A stretch of DNA of 63,878 nt, filler included, from Choristocarpus tenellus KU-1152 (GCA_964200185.2; 13 parts of 13 records of this genome joined end to end with filler, not necessarily neighbours in it); one strand, 5' to 3'; positions 1 to 13,000 are shown, counted from the whole stretch's first letter. Notes: a model not told the origin generated them from the letters alone. A program made the numbers and translations.

Positions 1-17
1 CTCAGATACTTTGAGTC
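1..17. mobile_element. MITE family B terminal inverted repeat (truncated at window edge), abutting the copia RT
   Basis: CAGATACTTTGAGTC matches the family B right end (compare 37782-37795 and 41552-41566). Confidence 0.7.
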
Positions 18-18
18 A

Positions 19-1381
19 ATGTTTAATGGGGCTAAGGCTAGGTTGGTTGCTCAGGGTTTTGGTCAGGAGTATGGTCTTGATTATGTCGAGACCTCTGCCC
101 CCACTCCTTCCCCCTCATCAGTTAGGCTGATGACCAGTATGGCATGTGAATTGGACTCGACATTGTGGCACCTAAATGTGGAGCAAGCATTTGTTCAATC
201 TAACTTGAATGAGGAAGTGTACACATGTGCCTCCAACAGGGATGTGGAGATCTCTCCTATACGACCGTATGCCTTCACAGGTCCCTCCATGGCTTAAAGC
301 AAACCTCTAGGACTTGGAATACCAAGCTGGTTCCACCCTTAAGCTCAATGTTTTTGAGCAGTGTCTGATTGACCCGTGTATATTTGGACTCAGGAGGGAT
401 GGTGCTGTGAAGATGATGCTTGCCGTTCATGTAGATGATATGATGGTTTTGGCGTCTGGTGATGATTGCAATGATCTTTGTGCCTCCCTGAGTGAAGAGT
501 TCCACACCAAAAACCTTGGCTTATTGTCTCAGTTTTCTGGTTGCACTTATACAAGAGAATGGAAGCGGGATACCCTCTCCATTACCCATACTAGCTACAT
601 TGACAACTTGTGTGAACATTTTCCCATCTATTCAACCACTCCCATCCCTGCAGTCCCCTTCCAGAAAGCTTGGAGTTAGGGAGGGAGACAATATCCAAAG
701 GATTATCCCCCTTCGAAGAGGCAGTTGGAGGGTTGATGTGGATCAGCAACATGACCAGATCAGATGTGGCTAATGCAGTAAGAGCTGTTGCCCGTCATTT
801 GCATGCTCCGAGCTAAGTACATTGGAGAGCTGCGACCCAGGTCCTCAACTACCTCAAAGGGACGCGAGAGTTGGGCCTAACCTACCGGAAAGACACAGGA
901 TTGGACTTGAAAACCTGTGCTGATGCGGAATTTGCCATTGAAACGTTTGATAGATGTTCTGTATCGGGGGGGGCAGTGATGTGTGGGGGTGCAGCAGTTG
1001 CTTGGCTTTCTAGGTCTCAACGTGTCATAGCACAGTCGACTTCAGAGGCAGAATACATAGCCATGGGAGATTGTGTGAAGGAGTTGTTGTTCTGCGAGGT
1101 GTGTTGGAGTCTTGCAACCTGATAGGACTGGGTCGTGTCATATAGTGTATGAAACCAACACACGAGCCATCCATTTGGCTAACAACCCTTTGGGTTCTGG
1201 CAGGAAGACTAAGCACATAGATGTGCGACATCATTTCCTAAGGGACTTGGTAGCTAATGGACAAATAAGGATTGTTCATGTTACCTCAGATGAGCAGCAT
1301 GCAGATGTGTTGACCAAGCCTTTAGCAGAAGAATCTTATTGGAGGCATGCAGGGGCTTTGCTAAATTTAGACTTTCTTTAG
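19..1381 (+). mobile_element. Degenerate Ty1/copia LTR retrotransposon pol (RT + RNase H)
   Basis: Frameshifted ORFs carry copia RVT_2 motifs KARLVAQGFGQEYGLDY, VEQAFVQS and HVDDM, and RNase H motifs ADAEFA, STSEAEYIA, TKHIDVRHHFLRD and QHADVLTKPL. In-frame stops are present. Confidence 0.95.
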
Positions 1382-2912
1382 TGGTTTGTTTCTTGCTGAA
1401 TTTGAATTTCTTAGTGTTTGGATTTTTTTTTTTAGTGAGTTCAATAGCTGGTTGTGCTCTTGTCATACAGGATTGACCCTGAGGAGTCTCCTAGGATCCA
1501 TAATTCTACCTTATCAGTTCTCAAGAGTTATTTGAGCTAGGGAAGGTTTTCGATTAGACTCTTCCAACTCTATCGGATAGTCGTGGTAAACGGTGTATGG
1601 AGTGAGAGCAATCATTAGCGATTAAGTTGATCAGAACCTTCATTAGTGATTAGCTATAGAAGAACATTTCTCATATAAAAGGAGATATTTATTATTTAAT
1701 GGGGTGCTGCATGCCCCACTTAGCGCTAATCAATCACTCGACAGATATCAAGCAATCTCCCTGGGTTCATCGCCTTTATCATTTTTGATTATTTAGGCGA
1801 TACTTTAACAGTCTTAACACATTCTACTCTCAAAATATCCAAAAGTAGGACAATCGTAAGGTGTACCTTATTTGTGTATGTGAGACTATGCAATTTGATT
1901 GAGCGTTACAAGCAAATAGCGCAAGTATTTCTTCCTGTGCTCTATCCAGCGCGAGCAGTGTACGCGTGTGTGAAACCCCTAAAAAGTGAACTCTGATTTG
2001 ATAAGGGTTACAGAGTAATATCTGTAACTTGAGAATGTATGCAATGGCTTTCAGATGTATTCAATGTCTCTAAACCGGAATAAATAAACGGTAAATGATG
2101 ATCAAGAGATCGCTCACATTCCCTTTTCTGATACCAATTCTTACATATGTTCTTATTGACTCAGAAGAGTGCCTTCATCTGCTGACCTGATGTTCATCAT
2201 CCTCGATGGGCCTTTTGACTGTCGGAGTATCCCAGGAGTCCTGTGCAAGCATCAGCGACATCTATAGGCCTGTGGATTGGAGCTATACATCCCGTGGAGG
2301 TAAGCTTTGGAGTGTGCTGTAACATCGAGGTCCAACTTGTCTCTTCAAACTGGAGAGAGTACTTAGTATTCAACTCAGCTCTTCGGATTCATGGTCGCTC
2401 CCTACTATGGCCTAGGGTTTCTTCTGCTTGGTTTCGTCGTCTCCTTGAATGGTCTTGGAGCACTTTCACCGCCTCCCCTAACTTGGAGGAAAGGACTGGT
2501 ATGATGGCATCTGTGGCTCCAAGGGAGGCACCATACACCTCAGATAGCAAACAAGTTGTCTCTGACCGCTGTGGTATAGACGTTGCTTAGGTTGTTATTT
2601 CTCCCCATTCATACACTCACATTCCCGATTGTTGTGTCACATTCTTTTATTTCCCCAGGTAGGCAGACATGACGGGCTCACAGAGTGTGAAGGAAATCAA
2701 AGTCATGCCTGATGCACAGGTTCCACCAGGAATCAGCGATTGGGAGAGGTTCCAGCCAAAGTTCACACTTCGCGAGAATTCCTGCAGCATCCGTCATGGC
2801 TCAACACGTTCATGCATCGCATCGATAACCTTAACCCCATTCCACATCGAGTTCCTCGATCATCTCTTGTCCGACTCTCTTAAGACACCCAGCGATCTTC
2901 TGAGTGACTCGT

Positions 2913-3167
2913 GAGTGAAAGTATCTTAGAGGGTACGAGTTTACCCTGTTTGACCATTTGGGGCTTGACTTCTCAAGGGTTCTTTTGTGACATTTTCCTA
3001 CTCCAAAATGTGTCGGAGTAGGTAAAGTGTGTGTTATGAAAAGGTATGTCCGGAATATGGATATTGACACTTCCTAACAAACACGATAGCCAAAATTACA
3101 TCAAAATCGCAAGATTGGATTTTAACCCCCAAATGGATGCTGTCTACCCTCTAAGATACTTTGGCTC
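2913..3167 (+). mobile_element. MITE family A, full-length copy (255 bp)
   Basis: TIRs GAGTGAAAGTATCTTAGAGGGTA / TACCCTCTAAGATACTTTGGCTC. Flanked on both sides by TCGT. The same interior recurs at least 5 more times in the window. Confidence 0.9.
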
Positions 3168-3664
3168 TCGTGCACAATCGAGGTTTCGAGCATCACAAAG
3201 CAGCTCATACAGGTTCCCTCGAGATGACAAAACAGCAACCGAGTGGGTCCACATTTTGGTGAGAGAATTCACTCTTTCATATGGCCAGTCAAAAAATGCA
3301 GTTAAAGTGGCCATGAGTTATTCTAACACAGAGAAAGGAGAGTTGTGGAAGGCTGCGGCCAATCGCCTATTTTTGCACTATTGAGCGTATACCGTGGACT
3401 CGAAGATGCCTCATATATATTAATTTCTTTTTTGGAGGGGGATACATAGGTGAAGATCAACTCATTGGCTTGAGTTAACGAGACCTCCCAACTCTTCTCC
3501 CAATGTCCTAGACCAAATCGGAGTTTAGAATATGACATTTTCTTTTCGCAAAGAAATTTGAAGCCAAATTCGCCCACTAGAAAGTTTGCAGAGATAATCC
3601 TTTGGGGAACGAAATGGTGAACCGTAGAATCAGCAGAACGGATCTTTGATGATCACATAGAGGA

Positions 3665-3764
3665 NNNNNNNNNNNNNNNNNNNNNNNNNNNNNNNNNNNN
3701 NNNNNNNNTTAATTAATTAANNNNNNNNNNNNNNNNNNNNNNNNNNNNNNNNNNNNNNNNNNNN
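3665..3764. other. Artificial contig spacer (44 N + TTAATTAATTAA + 44 N), first of 12
   Basis: Identical 100-bp cassettes at 3665-3764, 6597-6696, 11576-11675, 22316-22415, 25693-25792, 31403-31502, 38751-38850, 41396-41495, 45083-45182, 48198-48297, 52404-52503 and 59586-59685. The 12-mer puts stops in all six frames. Confidence 0.98.
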
Positions 3765-4297
3765 AGATGAAGTGTGTATTTTGTTGTTTATTCAAGAGTT
3801 GGAGGAAAAAAAAAAAAAAATGTTGGGGGATTGTGTTTTGTTGGGGGGGGGGGGGGGGGGGGGGGAATGGAGACTCGTTCCTTTTAATTGATTCCCAGGC
3901 GTGTTTTGTACACCTGTTGACCACTACTATGATCATTTTTAGTGATGGTGATTATGATAATGAGATGACTGGAAAGGCAAAGGGGAGAGGGGAGGGATGC
4001 TGCATTGCCAGAAGAAAAGAACAAATATATCTATTTTTCTAGGAACAATTTTTGTTTTCAAATATTGAGATTTTCATACATGTATGTGTTATATCTTTTC
4101 ATCACCCTCCCCATACACACCCCAGTCTATGTTCGTTGTGATGTCCCTTGTTTTTTTCTTAATGATTTGATAAATGTGTTACATCACCTAATAACTAATA
4201 GAAATATTCCTGCTTCTTGTTCTTTTTTAATTTCAACAAGCTAACCGGAACCTTCTTTGTGGAGGCACTACTGTTGCTAATTTGCCTGCCACTTTTT

Positions 4298-4360
4298 GTG
4301 ATGTGATGTGATTTGATGCGATGTTGGTGTGATGTGATGTGATGTGATGTGATGTGATGT
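4298..4360 (+). repeat. (GATGT)n microsatellite just upstream of a splice acceptor
   Basis: Visible pentamer tandem run. Confidence 0.9.
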
Positions 4361-4367
4361 GCTCCAG

Positions 4368-5853
4368 TTGTACCATTCAGAACAGTGTTATCTCCAACGG
4401 GGCTGTGGTGGAGGAGGGCTGCAATCTCAATGAGTGTCATGTAAGTGTCATGCTGGACTCTCAACTGGTTTAGGGTTAGGGAGAGGTTGTGTCTTGTCTT
4501 ACACAATCCAAGGAGACACTGGAGATGGTGTGTTACCACAGAGTTGTACTTTAGGGTTAGGGTTAGGGTTAGGATGTTGACAAACATGTCCAAATTTCGA
4601 TTTATTTTTTTTACAATTGAATGTAGAATATTTTCTGAATTGTGTAGTTAAATTTTTGAGACAATCGATAAAATAATACTCTCAATTCAAAATAGTAACT
4701 GATCCAGAAGAACATAGATGAATTGCAAAAAAAATGAAAACCAGACTTGAAATGCAAGATGGCCAGGTCCTAGGTACCTCTCCCTTACTTTGACGAAGTG
4801 ATTATGTCATGTCCCAACCTACTTGTAATAGTAGTCAAGGAGGTGGTTAGAGACAGACTATGCCTTTTGACTTCAACCTTTCAGATGGATAAGAGGCTTA
4901 GTTTTGATGTTTTGCAGTCCAATGATATCCAAGTGTTGTCAGAGCTTTTGGCGTTGTATCCTCCATGATCGTAATGATCGTACCTCATTGTGTGTCAGCG
5001 CTGTTCTTGGGATGTTCTTTTAATGTTCTTTGTGTTTTCTATATCAAAGTTGGACATGCATGCGTTCCTGTTGATTGTGGTGACTCTGACTGCGATTTTT
5101 TTTTAGAGTACCGTATGTGAGTGTTTTTTGTTTTTTGTTTTTGTTCTGGATTTGTCTGTTACTACCACCACAAGGGTTTGGGTATATGAAATGTGCTAGT
5201 TGGAGTACACCTCTGCTGTTCATCGCAAGCTGCAGCTGCTCAGACCTCTGAAATGCATGATGAATGGATTCTTTAGTTGGATGGTGAGGAACATGCTCCA
5301 CTCCGGTTCCTTCCCCCTCGTGGCTTAGGTACACCTATCCTAGAGTGGGTATTGTTGTTCATTGTACCGTGACCCCCTTTGACTGTCTTCTGTTGCATGT
5401 GGTTCTATCCCTCATGAGGACAAGAGTTTCTCTCTTTGCTCTATGCAGTCACAGCTTCAAATAAGGGTGTTACCATACCTGTATTTAATGCATGGGAGAT
5501 GGGGTGTCATGCTGAAGATTTTGCAAAAAAAATAAACCAAAACACTCCAGATATGCCTCTACAGACCCCTCCCCTCCTCCTCTCTTAAATAGGATCACTC
5601 CTTCCTTGTGTCAGTCTTACCAGTGCAGTGCAGCCGATATTTCTTAGGGCTAGGGTTAATGGTGTCTTTTTTACTTGTTGCTTATTGGGTCTATTCAATG
5701 TTGATGCCCTGGATCTGTCATGATCGGAAAGCTTGTGCTTACAGCAGGTCCTCTGCTCGCCCCTTGCTCTTGATTGCACACCCTATCCAGGTGGGGCCCC
5801 TCTGCAGTGTGCCCAGTAGCACCAGGTCAAAGCAAGAGGTTTTTGTGCGGTGA
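4368..5853 (+). CDS. EIF2B3: Translation initiation factor eIF2B subunit gamma-like, last two exons (left-handed beta-helix end)
   Basis: Exon 4368-4440 (CAG|...|GTAAGT) encodes CTIQNSVISNGAVVEEGCNLNECH. Exon 5791-5853 encodes VGPLCSVPSSTRSKQEVFVR*. Phases match, and the hexapeptide-repeat pattern is typical of the eIF2B-gamma C-terminus. Confidence 0.75.
4470..4573 (+). repeat. Short interstitial telomeric (TTAGGG)n tracts in the eIF2B intron
   Basis: TTAGGG x2 at 4470-4481 and x3-4 at 4551-4573. Confidence 0.85.
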
Positions 5854-6696
5854 CCTCTGTTGTAGGGTAGACAGACGTTTAGTAGGGGATAGCACGGATT
5901 GTGAGAGAGGCGGCAACATGGGAGTCGAGTCAGGCATTGTGGTGGAGGATAGCGATGCAAGACGTTTTATCATATGTGTGCTATTAAATAAGGTTAGGGA
6001 TAGATTGGGTCGGATATGGGGCCCTGTTTCACTGTTGGGACTTTCAGTCTCACCTGCTCTCTGTATACATTTGTGGTGGTGCGTTTTGTTACTGGAATTG
6101 CAGCCCTAGGCTGTCTACAGCTGCTTTTTGATGTAAGTCTGTATTGGTTATAAGCAGTTTTTGTCTACTTCACCTGGGAGATGCAGGAAAGCAAGGTTAG
6201 TATGGCTAGTCAGTGTTGTACTGACACAGCTTTATTGATGCTGAGGTCAAGATGGGCATAAGTTAGTCGGACCATTGTTGAACCAGTAAGGTAATTTCGT
6301 CCATTATTGTTTGGCTTTGTCCATTATTGCTGCATCCCTACCTACTGGCCAACCATAATGACTGGAAGCAACCCTGTGCCTCCTTTTCTTGCCCTGTTAA
6401 TTTTTTTAATGCTGGCTGTACAATGCATTCTCCAAGCATGCACCTCCTGTTCCTTTTTTAAAAAAATTAACCTTTTTGTCGATGAGTAACGGCATTTGAT
6501 TACCGTATTTTTGCTGAGCAGATAGGCATGGCATAATTGATCGTCAAGAGATGATAAGAGGGCGGTGAAATATGGTAGTGTCTTGTCGGGGAGATCNNNN
6601 NNNNNNNNNNNNNNNNNNNNNNNNNNNNNNNNNNNNNNNNTTAATTAATTAANNNNNNNNNNNNNNNNNNNNNNNNNNNNNNNNNNNNNNNNNNNN

Positions 6697-6888
6697 TACC
6701 AAAAGTACCGTAATATTTGAACAAAAATATATCCGGACCCTTAAAAAGTGCCGAAACATTTCCAAAAAAGGACATATCCCGGGCCCTTCCAAGTGCAAAA
6801 AAAAACCTTTCGGTACTTTTTTAAGACCGTTTTCGCAAAACAACCATCCTCATGGCCCCCCTCCATCCTCAATTTTGAAAATCCACTG
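6697..6888 (-). mobile_element. Repeat family D end, non-autonomous DNA transposon with CAG terminus (hAT-like)
   Basis: The reverse complement (CAGTGGATTTTCAAAATTGAGGATGGAG...) matches 25599-25692 over about 90 bp. Confidence 0.7.
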
Positions 6889-8155
6889 TTGCATATACCT
6901 TACCTTCTGTGAGAGTTGCATCCTGCCCTACACAAACCTCCACCATGAAGTATGGACATAATTTTTACCATCTGACCTACTAAGCATCTACTGTTTGTTG
7001 TAGTACTTCTTGACTTCAAAACTTGAGACAAAAAGCTTGAAGATGTGGTATTCTCAGATAGATGGCGAGATGCTTCTTACAGTCTCCATTACTTTGAACG
7101 AAGTACTATGTAAAGGGCGGAACGACCTCCTCACTAAATTCACTCAAACAAGGTCTTTTTCGTCTATGGTCTTGTCTCCTTACACTACACCACCTACCCT
7201 TCACAACAGTTACTGCCACCTCTTCCGTCACTGGTGTTAGGGGTTACCCAGAAGAAGTATGGGAGGAGCGCTACATGCGACACACCACCCAACAATAGCA
7301 CACAGACTTTCTCTCACAAACCAAAGGAAAGCGTGTTGACTCCACAATGTATGACAGTCAACCTTTTAGGGTCAGAGGAGAATCAATTCATATCACCGAT
7401 CCATTTCCGATCTTCCAAAACTACGAAAAAAGAAAGTTGTTCGGTGCATTGTTGGGGAGGCACACAACATTTCTGACCAAGACAGTGATCTTCTTCTCAA
7501 GCACACTGAAGTATGGTGGCACCAGTTCCCCAAGTTTGCTCAGTCCCAGTCATAACAAGCTCTCTCTCTTTTCATTTCCTAGCTCTTCTAATGACACCCA
7601 CACCATAATGTCTCCTACTCCCACTAACCCTTTATTCTTCAGTGACAACTCGACCTTGCATGGGTACTCAACAATACCATTGCCATACAGAGAAGGGGAC
7701 TGACTTCACAGCAGCACCTTCTACAAGCCGAAAACCCAGAAAAACTCAAGAGGGCGGCCAATGAAATTATCAACCAATCTTAAAGGCTGCAACCAGTCAG
7801 CTCAGGTTTGAATACACATTAAGTACCTGCAAACATTCGCAGCCTCTTCTGCCAAAAACATGCACACAACACTCTCCTCTGAAGCAATACCGACAACACA
7901 TAAGACATCCTCTAACAACGTGGACAGCTGATGCTGCAAAACACCCAAGGCCTTTTCATCCAGGGCACGTGGTTCCCATCTGCAGCAGCTACAACTGAAA
8001 CACCGCCTTATCAACGTTGGCAGATGTCGCAGAACGTTTCACACAGACTGTTGCAGTGCCATGGGTGTGGGCAGGAAAACTTCTTGTCAGAACAATATAT
8101 TGAAATAATGCCAGGATAAGGTAGACGAAAACCAGCCAAGCTCTTTTCGCCAAGA

Positions 8156-11100
8156 TTACTTTCTTGTCCTTGGCTCGGGCTTCTTCCCACTAACGCCTGT
8201 GCAGGTGTAGGTCTTCTTGGGGTCCACTGTGACGCCCTTCAGTATCTGTTCCAGGTCCTTTTTAATTCCGAAGGTGTGATATTAATAAAAAGATACAATA
8301 AAAAAGATTGAAAGAAGCGAAATGCATTAGTGACATCACAAATAAAAATATAGACTATTCTTAGTGGAGCCAGTTCAAGGGATGCATATTGAAGTACAAC
8401 GTTTCGAACACAAACCTGTAATAATATTTCATGACTCCAGACACTGATATAACCCTAACCCGAAGTAATTCCAAATCATGTACTGTCAATGGTTTCTTAG
8501 TCAGACCACAGAGTCAACTAAACACTGAAAACTTATTAAAACCAATGTTATAGGATGATATGAATCTTGCTGGCTAGAAGAAAACACAACAATAACACTA
8601 CATGCACTGGTTATTCCAATACAGCTCACTATTGGTTATAACACTCAAGATACAGCTAAAGAAGGTTTAGGGTTAGGGTTAACCCAAGAATCAGCAAGGT
8701 GGAAAAATAAAAATGAACATGAGGGAGTTATACAGGCACGTGTTCTTCTAAATAATATCGAGGAATCATCCCTAAGGGTTTGGACTTTCACCCTAAGGTC
8801 ACTACAACAAAAGCTGGTATTGTTGCACAACATAGTCCAAACAAGGTCCCACATTCAAATCCAAACCAAGATTGTCCAACACAGCGCTATCAAGTCTTGC
8901 TCTAGTTTTGACAACCGGTGGCAAGTTGATGACCTCACAAGAATCAGGTCACCCTATGAGTGTTAAAATAAATTAACAGTGAAGACTATAAAATGTCTGT
9001 GCAACTTAAAACAGCATCATATGGTTAGTATAGTATGGTACGGAGTGGCGATGAAGTAAGATCCACCCACTACACATCAAAAAGGAATGCAGCTGCAGTC
9101 TCCATAGAACCAACCACGACAACATCAGAAATTGGGTCTATGGTGAAAAAAGCTCTTCCTACTCTAACCTAAACCCTTTAACACATACATGTGTTGTAAC
9201 AGAGTTGACCACAGCCTGGTAGTCCCTGACACACGTCATGTCCTTTTGAGGCATGCAATCCAACTGAATACCAGACAACAGGTCACACCTGTCACCACAT
9301 CCCCACCGCCACAGTAAAAATTTCAGAAGAGAAGAGTGTTACACACATATCAGAAACAGTTCAACTAATGGCAACAGTACTAGCGTGTCAGTAACCATCA
9401 GGAGAAACATGGTGTTGGCAATAGGGTTAGAGTTAGAGTGTTTGGCAGAACAGTGACCCATCTGATCATCAAGAGGACTTTCTAAGGACGTATTTTGAGT
9501 ACTAACACCATTGCCTATAGGTAGACATACATGAAAACCATCAACCATTGACAGTAACAAAACGGTCCATACCTATCACCCGCAAGATATATCATCAGAC
9601 TGCCTCCTTTTTTTCTAATGCCTGCAGTTACATTTTTTTTTTGTATTTCCTTCCAAACTGGTTCTATTTCGGAAGGGTGAAGCAGCCTTGCAGCTGGGTA
9701 TCGTATCATCTTAGGTTGGGAAAACAACCACACTAACCCTAACCCCTCTCAAACCATTTCGTTTGAGGGTGCCTGTAAAGCGGAAATAATCGTGCGTCTA
9801 AAAAAACCCAAAAGTGATGCTGTATCTCACCTCCTCAGGGCCAGCCCCAGCACGAGCCACCAAAAGCTTTCTTCTGCTCTGGAAAAATAAAAACCCTTTC
9901 TTTCTACCAACTGCAACAAAAAACCTCAACCCTGAAATCGAATAACTTTGACATTGATAGACGTGTCCCGGATCAACACGCTATCCTAAAACCTCAGCCC
10001 TCAGTGAAAATAAACTACTTTGTTGAAACTACTTCCACATTACATAAGTAAGGGTTAGGGTTAGCAGTATCCTTAGATGCAAACACGCCTTGTCCTGCAC
10101 AAAAGTGTCCTCCCTAACCCTAACCCTAATCCTAACTGACCCCTTCATTCAATGAATACATACCAGTATGTGTTGCTGCGAAGATCACCGTCATGTCTGT
10201 TGATGAGAACCCTCTTTGCAGACTCGAGGTTGTCTGCAGTGATTGGCTGAGGTCCAATTAAGCTCCTCAATGTGTCCTGTTGGGGAAGGGGAATATGATT
10301 GGCACCTCAGTCTGCAGGTTTGCAAGGCTCAAAACAATGCCAACCTACAAATTAAAAAAAGGAGGCGTATTTTACACAACCTGATGTTCCTCTACTGAAG
10401 ACCCGCCCATCGACCAATCACACCTAGATACAATATCTAGCAATTTGGCCTCATTGTGAGAGGATGCAATTGGTTAAGGTAATGGATGGTCAAAACACAG
10501 TGCATCATGCTGACCAAGCAATTCATACTTTCATGGAAAGTTGACATTTACTCTCATCAAAGATGCCATTCCCAAACACAAGCCCAGTTCTCTAACTCCA
10601 ACCCTAGCCAGCTCCTCACCTGGCATGCCTTGAGGGCTTCGTCCACCTTGTCTGGGTTAGCAGTAACGGTCACCAGGTACCAACTCCCCAGGATACGCTG
10701 GAAGCTTAACAGAGTCATAGAACAAAAAAGGCGGTAGTTACAAACAGTTACATACAGTTACAGAATACGTACATCTCTACCTCTACCCAAACTATATCCA
10801 TAATAATGCCAAGGTTCACACCACCTGCAGCAAGAGGCAACCGAAAATAGGGGATTGTCACAATCCCCCCCCAAACCCTAACCAAAAATGTTCAGGACAA
10901 CATGAAACAGTTTCAAGACAACTCATTGGTGGTACAAGCTAACCATCTCAAACCATCATACTGTGAATAGTTACCCCCACTATTATACCACCTACAAGAC
11001 TAAAAATCTAACCCTAACCCTAACCCTAACCATATTTGTCGTATTAACTTAATAAGAGAGGTAAACTTGTAGCACTTCTAACGCTAACCCTAAGTAACAG

Positions 11101-11372
11101 AGGTTAGGGTTAGGGTTAAATCTCTAGGGCGATAACAAAGACGTGCACACTTAGAATCCCTATGAGTGAATTGCCAAAAGATAAAAAAAGTGGTTTAAAA
11201 TGAAAAAACGCCCCAAAAAAACCTGGGTACTTCTTGTTTTTACTTTGACTCAATATTAGTACACAAAATAAAAACAAAAATAGGGTTAGGGTTGGTGTGC
11301 TCTCACTTAGTGAGATGGATGTTTGCATCGTAAGTCAGGCGTTTTTGTTCGCGTACGACTGAGAAGAGCCGC
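8156..11372 (-). CDS. SPP: M16-family stromal processing peptidase (plastid SPP), C-terminal five exons
   Basis: Exons 11372-11307, 10704-10620, 10276-10164, 9288-9189 and 8257-8156 splice in phase with GT-AG borders. They give RLFSVVREQKRLTYDANIHLTNFQRILGSWYLVTVTANPDKVDEALKACQDTLRSL...LESAKRVLINRHDGDLRSNTYWCDLLSGIQLDCMPQKDMTCVRDY...KKPEPRTRK*, which resembles the plant/algal SPP C-terminus. Confidence 0.85.
10050..11294. repeat. Cluster of short interstitial telomeric tracts in SPP introns, both orientations
   Basis: TTAGGG or CCCTAA runs at 10050-10064, 10112-10137, 11008-11031, 11078-11093, 11101-11118 and 11281-11293. Further runs at 8451-8461, 8667-8680 and 9733-9745. Confidence 0.85.
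11147..11251 (-). mobile_element. MITE family C, truncated copy
   Basis: The reverse complement GAGTCAAAGTAAAAACAAGAAGTACCCAGG... aligns with the first ~100 bp of 20622-20876 and 35922-36187. Confidence 0.65.
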
Positions 11373-11482
11373 CTGTTCACCACCTGAAACACCAAGCAGG
11401 CATTTTTGATTGGGTGACAGAGAAAATAGGGTGGTGAAAAATGAACAATTTGGATACATATATATATATTTTCAATAAGTCC

Positions 11483-11698
11483 GCCTCGAAGTATCTGAGG
11501 GGGGGGGGGGGGGGGGGGGGGGGTGTTGTTTTGGGTTTTTTTTTTCTTTTTCGCATTGTTTGGGTGTTTTGGTGGNNNNNNNNNNNNNNNNNNNNNNNNN
11601 NNNNNNNNNNNNNNNNNNNTTAATTAATTAANNNNNNNNNNNNNNNNNNNNNNNNNNNNNNNNNNNNNNNNNNNNCCCCCCCCCAGATACTTTGAACC
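11483..11698. mobile_element. MITE family B ends flanking an assembly gap
   Basis: GCCTCGAAGTATCTG + poly-G before the gap. Poly-C + CAGATACTTTGAACC after it. Confidence 0.7.
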
Positions 11699-11996
11699 TC
11701 AGTTGATACACATCACACACAGGAACATCATAGCACGCGTCATTCAATTTACTTCGGATATTAAGTGTGTTCTTTCGTTTACCTTTTGCTTTTTTTTATT
11801 TTCTGTCATCTCTCTTCTTCTTTTTATCAGCAGAAGACTTCACTGCAAGTTAATTGTTGGTTATTATTTTTTCCTTGGTTGTCATTACCCCCTCTTGATG
11901 CACAAAGTTCACTCTGCAATAATCGTACCTGATGCACACTTGGATGTAATATATTCAGAGTTAAACCATCCACGGAAACCCTTGCCAGTCAAGGTA

Positions 11997-12439
11997 ACAA
12001 GCCTCTCCACAGAGCATGGGCTGCTTTCGCTGAGTATCTCATGATGAACGAACACTGAATTCACGTCACCTCATTCTTGAGTGAACGATCAATGACCCCA
12101 GTTACAACAGAATAAATACACCGATGCTTTGGGTTAGAATCACATCTATTCACAACACAGACTATGCATTTTTTCTCATCGGTTCTTTGCAACACTATGA
12201 TTCCTCATCGCTCGTAGTCTACTAGCATTGCAGAACACTGATGAGAGAATGTGTAGTCTGTGCTATGAATAGATGTGATTGTGCTGCAAAGCACTGATGT
12301 ATTTGTTCTGTTGTAACTGAGGTTATTGATCGCTCACTCAAGAATGAGTGCTCAGTCCAGAATGATGTGGTGTGAATTCAGTGTTATTCTTTCATGAGAT
12401 GCTCAACGGAAGAAGTTCATGCTTTGTGGAGAGGCTTGT
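11997..12439. mobile_element. Foldback-type element: long imperfect inverted repeat (~195-bp arms, short spacer)
   Basis: ACAAGCCTCTCCACAGAGCATG pairs with CATGCTTTGTGGAGAGGCTTGT. Internal blocks also pair (AACACTGAATTCAC/GTGAATTCAGTGTT, CTCATTCTTGAGTGA/TCACTCAAGAATGAG, CAGTTACAACAGAA/TTCTGTTGTAACTG, AATCACATCTATTCA/TGAATAGATGTGATT). Confidence 0.88.
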
Positions 12440-12496
12440 CATTAGGTCCTGGTTCAATCCAACTCTTTCTCACTACTGACTCCCCCTCCTCTTCCT

Positions 12497-13000
12497 GTGA
12501 CCGGAACTGTTTCTACATCTACATCCAATGCTTCTGCTTGGGCTGCACCTTCCCCTATGGCTGACCCAAATACCTACACCAAGGACAATGACCAGCTCTT
12601 CGGCATCCTGCTGGTCACTTGCCAAGACCCTGAGAAAGAAATTCTTCATAGACTCCAGAATCAGGATGAATCCACCCTCAATGATGGGCTTGCGGCTTTG
12701 TGTGCCCTATAGGAAAAGTAGGAGGCCATCACGGAGCAGAGGGTGGATGAGGGCCTTTAATCATCGCTTTGAGCATTGTGCAATGGAACTTGGGGAGGAC
12801 ACTGCCCAGTAGGTCCTTCATCTATATCGCACAACAAAGCCCAAACTTGAGGGACTCGGAGAAGCAATTGGTGTGACTTCTACCCTCGCTCTCTCATCAT
12901 CAACAGAATGCCTAGACCGACTACATTGCCCTTCAGAGCCAAGTTTGATTCACCACAGACTTCACAACTGCTTCCCTTGTCATGGCCATCTGGGCCTTCC
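12497..13000 (+). mobile_element. Decayed copia-type gag relic
   Basis: YTKDNDQLFGILLVTCQ...NDGLAALCAL*EK*E resembles the copia gag N-terminus (LF..L...DG..AW..L.EKYE). Multiple stops. Confidence 0.45.

Noticed and set aside
2126-2140. TGGTATCAGA (tRNA-Met PBS-like) on the minus strand
   Set aside because: No adjacent LTR-terminal CA or paired LTR found, and it is the wrong strand and position for the 19-1381 copia.
3841-3866. Long poly-G/poly-C runs (also 11498-11523, 25864-25882, 31376-31393)
   Set aside because: They lie beside contig ends or within family B MITEs. Lengths and neighbouring bases are probably low-quality sequence, so no G-quadruplex system is claimed.
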